Shown here in pieces: positions 46,858-55,098 of a stretch of DNA of 64,000 nucleotides. The notes beneath the pieces are model-generated. The model searched no databases and was not told where the DNA came from. It saw nothing but the letters and a program-made list of their open reading frames with translations. The DNA is from an uncultured Gammaproteobacteria bacterium. GTDB taxonomy: Bacteria > Pseudomonadota > Gammaproteobacteria > Arenicellales > JAANXG01. The stretch covers positions 1,494-65,493 of the forward strand of contig CAMYMN010000005.1 in the NCBI GenBank assembly GCA_947259395.1. The letters are read 5' to 3'. Position 1 is the first letter of the stretch; each line of letters begins with the position of its first letter. The position numbers and the translations under genes were made by a program.

Positions 46858-48558
46858 CTACTGCCCCGACGTGCGGGGCAATTCACGTTCTGATTCGGCC
46901 TGAATCCGTTGACGCTCGGCCTGCGAGTTGCGTACGACTTGCGCCAAAACCTCGTCGTCCAGCCGTGTGAGTTCTGCCGCAGCTTCTTTGATAGCGACAT
47001 GTTCGACTGCTCGCGATACGGTTTCCGCTCTGGTTGCGCCACTTTTCGCTCCAAGAAAGGGTTTTATGAGTAAATACCCCACATCTCTTGCCGGCATGTA
47101 GCGAAGGAACCGTCGAATCAATCTAAACAGCTGAACCGGATAATGGCGAAGTTTATAAAGTAACAATCTACGTAGACCAGCACTGCGTTCGGAATGGATG
47201 ACCTCGCCTGGTAGACATGTGGGATCAATTTCTGAGCACTTGAAATACTTGTACCAATCGGCTTCGTCATCCACTAGACCGCGGTTTACGTATTCACGCC
47301 ATAGTGGCGTGCCGCGATACACACACAATCGATTGAAGCCGAAAGTGTCTAACCGTAGCTTGGACGCAAAATCGAACGTCGCCCGAAGATCTTCTACAGT
47401 TTCGTCCGGGCTTCCCACCACAAAGAACCCGTGCACAATTTCAATGCCCGCTTGTTTGGCATTAGTCACGGCAGTTTCCACTTCCTCCAGTGTTTGCTGT
47501 TTCTTGAGTCGATCGAGTACCTTTTGGCTACCACTCTCCAAACCAAACATGATCATTCGGCAATGGGCCCTGGCCATGTCAGGGAACAGATGCTGGGCTA
47601 CTGAGTCGACCCTACCTTCGCAGCTCCATTGAATGGTTACGTTGGCATCGTTGATACCCTGGCAAATCGCCTTGATCCGTTTAGGTTGCAGCAGAAAATG
47701 GTCGTCGACAAAACAAACTGACCCGTAACCATGTTCTTGTAAGTGTTTGAATTCATCCACGACGTGCTGCGCGCTTCTTGAGCGCCATTTACCTTCGTTA
47801 AAGATCGGAATGTCGCAGAATACGCAGGGCCAGGGACAACCGCGTGATGTTTGCATCGTGGTAAATCGATCCATGGATAACACGGCGGGCACATCGAGCG
47901 GCATCGATTCGATGAAGTCCAATGGCAGGCTTTCGCGGTCAGGGAATGGCCACTGGTCGAGTTTTCTTTCGATGGGCCGATTGGGATTGTGAATGACCTT
48001 GTCATCCTTGGCCCACGTCACACCGCCGACTCCAGACGGATCATCTAAGCTTTCTATGAGATCGAGGATCAACTGTTCCCCATCACCCCGGCAGACGAAG
48101 TCGACCTCGGGGCATTGATGCTTAACTAACTGCGCGTTGAGTGAAGTAAACACACCACCAAACGCCAATTTCACCTTATCATTCGCGGCGCGAATCTGAC
48201 GCGCCAGGACTTTAGCGTAGGGATAGCTCGTTGTGCTGAGGAAGCTCAATCCAACAAGTGCCGGCTTGTGCCTGCGAATTTCTTCAATGATCACCTCATT
48301 GGGTGTTTCGGGATTCGCTTGGTCAAACATCACACACTCGTGCCCGGCACGCTTCAAGACTGCAGAGAGTGACATGATCCCGATGGGGGGGAATCCCATC
48401 ACCTGTAGGCGCCCATTCTTAGCGCGCGCTTTTGTTGGCAGCGCATAGAATTGGGGATCGCGGATATGGACCAGGAATATCAGCAAAGTCTCCTCCTCTG
48501 CAATGATCGTCGGGACTCTAGGCCTGTTTTCGTTGAGGTTCCCGCCTGAGTATCGCAC
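46858..48558 (-). CDS. B12-binding-domain radical SAM (class B) enzyme, substrate unknown
   Basis: N-terminal cobalamin-binding-type Rossmann region (LLIFLVHI ... GIMSLSAVLKRAGHECVMFD). Radical SAM cluster motif TSRGCPWPCVFCDIP. A probable alternative start is the TTG at 48486, preceded by GAGGAGGA. Confidence 0.85.
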   Translation of the reverse strand: MRYSGGNLNENRPRVPTIIAEEETLLIFLVHIRDPQFYALPTKARAKNGRLQVMGFPPIGIMSLSAVLKRAGHECVMFDQANPETPNEVIIEEIRRHKPALVGLSFLSTTSYPYAKVLARQIRAANDKVKLAFGGVFTSLNAQLVKHQCPEVDFVCRGDGEQLILDLIESLDDPSGVGGVTWAKDDKVIHNPNRPIERKLDQWPFPDRESLPLDFIESMPLDVPAVLSMDRFTTMQTSRGCPWPCVFCDIPIFNEGKWRSRSAQHVVDEFKHLQEHGYGSVCFVDDHFLLQPKRIKAICQGINDANVTIQWSCEGRVDSVAQHLFPDMARAHCRMIMFGLESGSQKVLDRLKKQQTLEEVETAVTNAKQAGIEIVHGFFVVGSPDETVEDLRATFDFASKLRLDTFGFNRLCVYRGTPLWREYVNRGLVDDEADWYKYFKCSEIDPTCLPGEVIHSERSAGLRRLLLYKLRHYPVQLFRLIRRFLRYMPARDVGYLLIKPFLGAKSGATRAETVSRAVEHVAIKEAAAELTRLDDEVLAQVVRNSQAERQRIQAESERELPRTSGQ

Positions 48559-48649
48559 TATCCTTCCATCTAGACCATATCGGAAGCGCCAGAGTGAGGC
48601 TTGAATTAGCCGCGTATTGGATAGCGTCTACCAGTCGATCAGAAACGCA

Positions 48650-49170
48650 CCCAGTCTAACAGACAGGATTCACGTGCCACATGGCAAGGACCGGCGCGAT
48701 GATCCTGATTCATCACTGCGGCAGTGCGCTCAACCTAAACATTCGTATTCGCATGTTGTTTCTTGATGGGGTGTACGTCATAGTCGAGGAAGACTTGGTA
48801 TTTTTCGTTATGCCCGGTCGCCGGACCTCCAGGTGTTGGAATTACTCGTCCACACAATTCAGTCAGAGGTTTGCCGTTAACTACAGCGCCACGTGCGAGC
48901 AGGCATGTTTTGATGAGCGGAATCTGGCCCAAAATTTGCGTCGTTCTTTGGTGGAACTAAGCACGGCGAAAAACACGAGCTTAAGCAGAGGTTCCAGCTT
49001 TGAAAAGACTACTGATGCAACCCGCTGAGATGTGGGTCTCAAGAGCAAATGGGACGAATTGGAATCGCGGGGACTGGAGGTGTCCACGGCGAATTAGCAT
49101 TTAGAAGCCGAAATCGCGAACAAATCCAAGACTTGTCATCGCTGTGGAGTTCGTTACGATACGGAACCTA
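48650..49170 (+). pseudogene. IS91-family transposase fragment (C-terminal third), with frameshifts and stops
   Basis: GAMILIHHCGSALNLNIRIRMLFLDGVYV matches the conserved IS91 block FGSALNLNxHFHMLFLDGVY. The continuation (PDLQVLELLVHTIQSEV) is in another frame and is interrupted by stops. Confidence 0.6.
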
Positions 49171-49712
49171 TGCGCGAACTCGCTGTTCTGTTCCTTCACC
49201 TCGTTATGATTACTGCCCGGCTACTCGGACCAGGTTGGGCACGGTCGATCATCGCTGAATCTCTGTTGGTCAAACATCAACTCCTGATCATCAGTCGATC
49301 GCACCAACGAGGACCGAATCTCCGAACAATTGATCGCATTATCGCCGGGCTGTGCGCTCTGCCGATGCGCCCGAGCCATGTGGTCCGTTCGGCCATCATT
49401 TTGAAGCCTTCGACAATCCTTGGATTCCATAGATTGATGGTGAAACGCAAATATCCGCTTCTCTTCGCCCCCATCCACCGAGGAAAAACAGGATCCAAGG
49501 GTCCCACGCAAGAACCGATTGACGCTAATGTCGCGATGAAACACGGCAATCCGATCTGGGTTTGTCAACGTATCGCGGTGCAGATTTCATTGGCGTTTGT
49601 ATTGTTATAGATAAGGATCTCGTTCGCCGCGTTCTGTCTCGCCACTATCAACCCTTATCTGGTGAAAGGGGCATCCTGGCTCACCACCATGTCATTCTAT
49701 GAAATGTCATAG
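49170..49712 (+). pseudogene. 5' half of a DDE (rve-type) integrase/transposase gene, same family as the 42780-43359 remnant
   Basis: IIAESLLVKHQLLIISRSHQRGPNLRTIDRIIAGL ... ILKPSTILGFHRLMVKRKYPLLF ... GSKGPTQEPIDANVAMKHGNPIWVCQRIAVQISLAF. After a stop at 49610 it continues out of frame as DKDLVRRVLSRHYQP and GASWLTT. No catalytic DDE core follows. Confidence 0.6.
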
Positions 49713-49752
49713 TATGATTTGAGCGACCCCCAAGCTTACGAGCACCGACGCG

Positions 49753-50412
49753 ATGGACGTGCACAAGACGTTGAAGAACATCCCGCTATTTTCCGGCCTC
49801 AAGGAATCGGACTTGAAGACTATTTCGAGCCACGCCATTACCCGCAACTATCCCAAACACACAATTGTGATCACCGAAGGAGACGTCACCAATACTTTGT
49901 ACGTCATTCATTCAGGCAAGGTAAAGGTATTCCTGAATGATGAACATGGGAAAGAAATCATTCTCTCCAGGTTAGGACCGAATGAGTACTTCGGCGAGTT
50001 GTCATTGCTTGACGGTGAAGCCCGTTCTGCTTCGGTCATGACCCTGGAGCCCACAATCGTCGCGGTGATCTCGAAAGCAGACTTCGATGCATATCTCATT
50101 AACAATCCCACTGTTGCACTCAAGCTGTTGGAGACCCTCACACAAAAGATCCGGCATCTGACGGAGAACGTCAGAGGCCTGGCATTAATGGACGTCTATG
50201 GCCGGGTTGCACGGGTGTTGCTCGACATGGCCAAAGAAGCAAACGGCAAATTAGTAATCGACGAGAAACTCTCACAGCAGGAAATCGCCAAAATGGTGGG
50301 CGCTTCCCGCGAGATGGTGAGCCGTATTCTCAAGGACCTGTCAACGGGCGGATATATCGATGTCAAGCGGAACCATATCGTCATCAACCAAAAACTCCCA
50401 CCGGCTTGGTGA
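49753..50412 (+). CDS. Crp/Fnr-family cyclic-nucleotide-binding transcriptional regulator
   Basis: The cNMP-binding domain has FGELSLLDGEARSASV (the Glu and Arg-Ser-Ala residues that contact cAMP in CRP). C-terminal HTH: QQEIAKMVGASREMVSRILKDL. Confidence 0.85.
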   Translation: MDVHKTLKNIPLFSGLKESDLKTISSHAITRNYPKHTIVITEGDVTNTLYVIHSGKVKVFLNDEHGKEIILSRLGPNEYFGELSLLDGEARSASVMTLEPTIVAVISKADFDAYLINNPTVALKLLETLTQKIRHLTENVRGLALMDVYGRVARVLLDMAKEANGKLVIDEKLSQQEIAKMVGASREMVSRILKDLSTGGYIDVKRNHIVINQKLPPAW

Positions 50413-50542
50413 TACGACTGTGCGATAACAGTGTGAATATTTCACAGACTTTTCTGTAACAGCGCACAGACTATCCGCCGTGATGTCACTACGCTTTCCT
50501 CCACAGAGTACCGGAGTACCGGTGACAACTTGGGAGGTAGTT

Positions 50543-50659
50543 ATGGTGGATTATCGGCCTGAAGATCACTTCGCATCTGGACGGTATGTTGCGGGTAGTT
50601 GGTTACTCGTTGTAGTAGTTTTTACCGGCTTGTTCGTAATATCGTTATCTATGGTCTGA
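50543..50659 (+). CDS. Candidate 38-aa single-TM micro-protein (absent from the ORF track)
   Basis: GGAGG (50533-50537) lies 5 nt before the ATG at 50543. The translation is MVDYRPEDHFASGRYVAGSWLLVVVVFTGLFVISLSMV, ending in TGA at 50657-50659. Confidence 0.4.
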   Translation: MVDYRPEDHFASGRYVAGSWLLVVVVFTGLFVISLSMV

Positions 50660-50736
50660 CCCGAATAGCACCAGGGACCAAGAACCATCAACACAAATAA
50701 TAAGTAAAGATCGTTGTGGAACCCGGTCCCGGCCGG

Positions 50737-51813
50737 TTATTGGGCGAGGGTGGTCAAGTAGTTGGTGTCCACGCCCACCTCCACCGATTCGCCTTTCTGA
50801 AACACCCGATCGCCCTGGCGGTGACTCTCGTCGATAAGAATGACGTGCGGTTCGACCTGCACCGCATAGCGGACAATGGAACCCAAGAATTCGACATATT
50901 GCACGGTACCCGATAACGGGATAATTCGGGTTGCGTGGGCTGCGCCGGGAGACTGGATGGTCAGATTCTGTGGCCGGAGCACCACCGCGCCGTGCTCATG
51001 TTCCACTTTCTTGTCGAGAGTAATCTCGATGCCGGTTTCATCCATGAAACGACTGCCCCCATCGTCGGAGGTAAAGTGTCCCTTGAGCACGTTTGCAGTG
51101 CCGAGAAAATCCGCCACAAACAAATTAGACGGTCGGTCATACAGCGTCACCGGTGCACCCACTTGTTGGATCACGCCATCGTTAAGCACCGCCATGCGAT
51201 CCGACATCGTGTTGGCTTCTTCTTGATCGTGGGTCACAAAGATTGTGGTGAGTGATAACTTGCGCTGCAGGTCGAGGATATCCCGGCGCATCTGCACCCT
51301 CAGATTAGCATCCAAGTTCGACAGCGGTTCGTCCAAGAGCAAGACACGCGGTTCGACCACCACGGTACGCGCCAGGGCGACGCGTTGTTGCTGCCCACCG
51401 GAGAGTTGAGCGGGGCGCCGATCGGCGAACTCGGCCAATCCCACCAAATCGAGCGCGGCGTCCACCCGGCGCCGAAGCTCCTTGCCGTCCACACGGCGCT
51501 CCTCGAGTCCAAACGCGACATTCTTGCGCACCGTCATGTGCGGCCACAGGGCATAGCTTTGAAATACCATGCCCACGTTGCGTTTCCACGGCGGCAAGCC
51601 CGTGACATTCTGGCCATCGATGAGAATACGTCCCCCGGGCATGGGACCAAATCCTGCGATCGCGCGCAATAACGTCGATTTGCCGGAACCCGAGGGTCCG
51701 AGAAACGCGAAGAATTCACCCGGCTCGATGTCGAGGTTCACGCCGGTCAAAACGCGTGTGTGCCCAAAAGCCACATGCACATCTTCGATCTTTACACTTA
51801 CAGGCCCTTTCAT
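50737..51813 (-). CDS. ABC importer ATP-binding protein (FbpC/PotA-like)
   Basis: Walker [10 protein letters not shown], signature LSGGQQQRVALART, Walker B LLLDEPLSNLD, and a C-terminal TOBE-like regulatory domain. Confidence 0.9.
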   Translation of the reverse strand: MKGPVSVKIEDVHVAFGHTRVLTGVNLDIEPGEFFAFLGPSGSGKSTLLRAIAGFGPMPGGRILIDGQNVTGLPPWKRNVGMVFQSYALWPHMTVRKNVAFGLEERRVDGKELRRRVDAALDLVGLAEFADRRPAQLSGGQQQRVALARTVVVEPRVLLLDEPLSNLDANLRVQMRRDILDLQRKLSLTTIFVTHDQEEANTMSDRMAVLNDGVIQQVGAPVTLYDRPSNLFVADFLGTANVLKGHFTSDDGGSRFMDETGIEITLDKKVEHEHGAVVLRPQNLTIQSPGAAHATRIIPLSGTVQYVEFLGSIVRYAVQVEPHVILIDESHRQGDRVFQKGESVEVGVDTNYLTTLAQ

Positions 51814-51819
51814 TACGAC

Positions 51820-53529
51820 TCAGACTCCTCCCGCCAGAGCGGCATCGAGCGCTTGCTCGCGTTTGCCGCGCTCGATCACCCGATGCGACAAGTAGGTGGC
51901 GACGCCAACTATAATGACCGCGATCATACCCAAGGCCGCGCCGGGTCCGCGGCCGGCGGCCGATTGCATGAACACATAGATACCATAAGACAGCGGTGCG
52001 TCCGACTCCGCCGACACCAGCATGATGGTCGCCGATAACTCTACCGCTGCAGTGGCGAAGCTGGTTACGAATCCGGCGATAATCCCCCCGGACATCAGCG
52101 GCACCACCACCCGTTTGACGGTGCGGTATTTGGTGGCGCCAAGGTTCTCCGCCGCCTCCTCCAATGCCACCGCCACCTGCTGCAGCGCGGCGACACAAGC
52201 GCGTAACGCGTAGGGTAAACGGCGAACCGCCAGGGCCACGACAATGATCACCCACCAACTCGCCAGCGGCTGGCCGATGAAGGGCACCTCAACCTCGTAG
52301 AAGGTGCGCAGGTAACCGATTCCCAACACCACCCCAGGGATCGCGAGTGCGCCGGTGGCCAGGTAGTCCAACCATTTGCGTCCTACCAACTTGGTGCGCC
52401 ACACGAGGTAGGCGATGGCGGTGCCGAAGACCACATCGATCAACGCGGCCAAACCGGCATAGAGCATGGTGTTGGTGATGTAATCGGACGTGGTACCGAT
52501 TACTTCCTGATAATTAGCGAGTGTGAAACCGTCCGGGAGCACACTGAACGACCAGATGGTGCCGAAGGACAATAATGTCAAACCGATATGCGGTGATAAC
52601 ACGATCAACAACGTGAAGATCACCACCGCGTAGGCACCGACTTTTTCCCAGGTCCGCAGATCGCGTTTCATCAGACCGCCACCCCCCTTTTGCACCGTCG
52701 CATATTCTTTGCCGCGCATCGCTAAAAATGAGGTCCATAATGCAAACAATGAAAACAGCACCAGGATCACGGAAATCACGTAACCCATAGGGTCCGATAT
52801 GCCGATGGATGAAATGCGCAGATAGGCTTGGGGGGCGAGCATGTTGTTGACATTGAGCAGCAATGGGGTCCCCAGATCGTCGAACACTTTCAAAAATACC
52901 AACGATGCACCGGCCACATACCCCGGCATGGCCAGCGGAAAAACAATACGCCGGAACAAGCGAAACCCGTTGGCCCCGAGATTTTGCGCCGATTCCTCCA
53001 TCGACCGGTCGATATTGTTCAACGCGGCAGACAAATTGATAAGGATAAAGGGAAAATAGTGAATGCTCTCCACCAGGATCACGCCGTTCAGGCCTTCCAT
53101 GAACGGGATATTGATTCCGAACCATTCATCTAACAGCAAATTGATCGATCCGTTGGCGCCGAACAGCAGTTGCATCGCAACCGCGCCGACGAAGGGGGGC
53201 ATGATTAGCGGGATCACGCCCAATGTTTGTATGAGGACCGCACCATTAAAGTTAAAACGGGTGGTGAAATATGCGAGCGGCATAGCAATCACCGAACCCA
53301 CCACCACCGACATCAAGGCGACGTACAGGGAATTGAAAAACGATTCGCGGAATAGGGAGGTATTGAAGAAGTCCGCGAAGTTGACCAAAGTCAGCGCGCC
53401 GGTATTCGGATCTTGAAACGCAACGAAGATAACCTTGGCGACCGGAACCACCAGAAATACGAGCAAGAACAACCCGAGCAGAATGGCGACACCTGCCGGA
53501 CCGAGCGAGGTTCGTGCGAAGTAGTTCAA
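51820..53529 (-). CDS. ABC importer permease, duplicated (FbpB-like, two MetI-type domains)
   Basis: 569 aa with two permease modules, each with an EAA-like loop (MEESAQNLGANGFRLFRRIVFPL and LEEAAENLGATKYRTVKRVVVPL). Confidence 0.9.
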   Translation of the reverse strand: MNYFARTSLGPAGVAILLGLFLLVFLVVPVAKVIFVAFQDPNTGALTLVNFADFFNTSLFRESFFNSLYVALMSVVVGSVIAMPLAYFTTRFNFNGAVLIQTLGVIPLIMPPFVGAVAMQLLFGANGSINLLLDEWFGINIPFMEGLNGVILVESIHYFPFILINLSAALNNIDRSMEESAQNLGANGFRLFRRIVFPLAMPGYVAGASLVFLKVFDDLGTPLLLNVNNMLAPQAYLRISSIGISDPMGYVISVILVLFSLFALWTSFLAMRGKEYATVQKGGGGLMKRDLRTWEKVGAYAVVIFTLLIVLSPHIGLTLLSFGTIWSFSVLPDGFTLANYQEVIGTTSDYITNTMLYAGLAALIDVVFGTAIAYLVWRTKLVGRKWLDYLATGALAIPGVVLGIGYLRTFYEVEVPFIGQPLASWWVIIVVALAVRRLPYALRACVAALQQVAVALEEAAENLGATKYRTVKRVVVPLMSGGIIAGFVTSFATAAVELSATIMLVSAESDAPLSYGIYVFMQSAAGRGPGAALGMIAVIIVGVATYLSHRVIERGKREQALDAALAGGV

Positions 53530-53599
53530 CGCTTACCGGTCCGGGGACAAAGATCGGGGGTCATGGCGGGGCGCCAGCCGCCCCGCCATAGATCAAAGG

Positions 53600-54952
53600 T
53601 CACAACATCGATTTGGCTTGTTCCGCCAACGCTTTGGCCTTGGTGTAATTGGCCTTGATGATGTTATCCCACTCGGCCTCAACCTCCGCCTGCCGGCCGG
53701 TCACTTTGTCGGTGGCTTTTTTGCGCTTCTTCTTGAAAATGCCGGCGAAGTCCTTATCCAGCCCCTTCGCCTCATCGATCGGTACCGCAGCGACCAACGC
53801 CTTGGCCTCGGCGATCAGTTTCTGTGCCTGGGCGTTGGACTTACCGGACAGCGCGGCCTCAGCATCGTGGATCGCCTTGGTCGCGGCGCGCAGGTCGTTC
53901 AACCGGTAGGTAATCATCACGTCGAACAGGGAATTGACCAGGTTATACCGGTTCTTAGACTTGACCACATCGAATTTAACCGCCGCGCCGATCGACTTGT
54001 CCTTGAACGGATTCGGAAAATCGCCGGGCGCCTTGCTGTACATATCCGGGCGCACTGGCAGGCGGCGTATCTTCGGATCGAGCAACAATTCCTGTCCTTG
54101 TTGCGACATCAAGAACTCGATAAATGCCCCCGCGGCTTCGGGGTGCGGTGCCTTAGCAACAATCCCAATGTTGGCCGGCACCAGAGTGGTTACGGTCGGG
54201 TAAATGAATTGGACTGGGAACCCGGACGCCTGGGACGACAAACCGAAGAAATCGATGACCACGCCGAGCCCGAACTGCCCGGAATTGACGCCATCGGGAA
54301 CACCAAAACTTCTCTCTGTCACGGTGTTGAAGTTACCCGCGATCTCCTTCCATATCGCCCAGCCTTTGTCCCAACCCTCGCCCTGCAACAGCGTTTCAAC
54401 GGTGAGATGGGTAGTACCGGAACGCGATGGCGCCGACATGCCCACATGTCCGTGGTACACAGGTTTGGCCAAATCCAACCACTCCTTGGGCGCCGGCAGC
54501 TTCTTGGCCTTGATGTAGCGCTCGTTCCACATAATGCCGTAACCGGCTCCGGCGAATCCCTTGTAATACCCATCTGGGTCATTGATCGGGTAGGCGCCGA
54601 TCATATCCGGGATGCCGGTGGCCTTGACTATATATTTCTGCAGCAACCCGTCGCTTTTCAACACCTCGAACGCGTCGGGTGCAGACGCCCAAAACATGTC
54701 CGATGTGTTGTTGGACGCCGTTTCTTGCAGATACTTGACCCCAGCCGTGGTCTTCTTCTTCAACATCTCGACCTCGACGCCGGGATGTTTTTTCTCGAAC
54801 GCGGCCTTGAAGGCCCCGGTCAGGTCTTTGGGAAAAGAAGTCACAACAACTAGCTTGTCTTCGAGTGCCCGAACCAATGGCGCCCCAGTCAGCAGACTCG
54901 CGGCGAGAATCAAGACTCCGGCAACACGGAAATTGCGAGTGTTCTTAGTCAT
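53600..54952 (-). CDS. Extracellular solute-binding protein (Fe3+/FbpA-like family 1) with a C-terminal helical extension
   Basis: Signal peptide, then an SBP_bac_1-like core (LVVVTSFPKDL..., GIPDMIGAYPI...). About 100 extra C-terminal residues are rich in Ala, Lys and Glu. Confidence 0.8.
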   Translation of the reverse strand: MTKNTRNFRVAGVLILAASLLTGAPLVRALEDKLVVVTSFPKDLTGAFKAAFEKKHPGVEVEMLKKKTTAGVKYLQETASNNTSDMFWASAPDAFEVLKSDGLLQKYIVKATGIPDMIGAYPINDPDGYYKGFAGAGYGIMWNERYIKAKKLPAPKEWLDLAKPVYHGHVGMSAPSRSGTTHLTVETLLQGEGWDKGWAIWKEIAGNFNTVTERSFGVPDGVNSGQFGLGVVIDFFGLSSQASGFPVQFIYPTVTTLVPANIGIVAKAPHPEAAGAFIEFLMSQQGQELLLDPKIRRLPVRPDMYSKAPGDFPNPFKDKSIGAAVKFDVVKSKNRYNLVNSLFDVMITYRLNDLRAATKAIHDAEAALSGKSNAQAQKLIAEAKALVAAVPIDEAKGLDKDFAGIFKKKRKKATDKVTGRQAEVEAEWDNIIKANYTKAKALAEQAKSML

Positions 54953-55098
54953 GGATATCGCTCCTTTGGTTGAACCTTGGTGGTCGCTTGTGCACGACCT
55001 TCTGGGTCGTGTTTTAGGCTAATTATAGTGTCACTCGCATCTCGTAGATACCGACGAAACGACGCTGTCGAGGATGGGGACTGCCAAACGGCCATTAA

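Noticed and set aside
53618-54853. 411-aa plus-strand ORF
   Set aside because: It lies entirely antisense to the well-supported solute-binding protein gene. Its Arg/Gly/Leu-rich composition is typical of shadow frames in GC-rich DNA.
54953-55098. Fur box upstream of the Fbp-like importer
   Set aside because: Only a TATAAT-like -10 on the minus strand (plus-strand ATTATA, 55022-55027) is visible. Nothing resembles the 19-bp GATAATGATAATCATTATC consensus.
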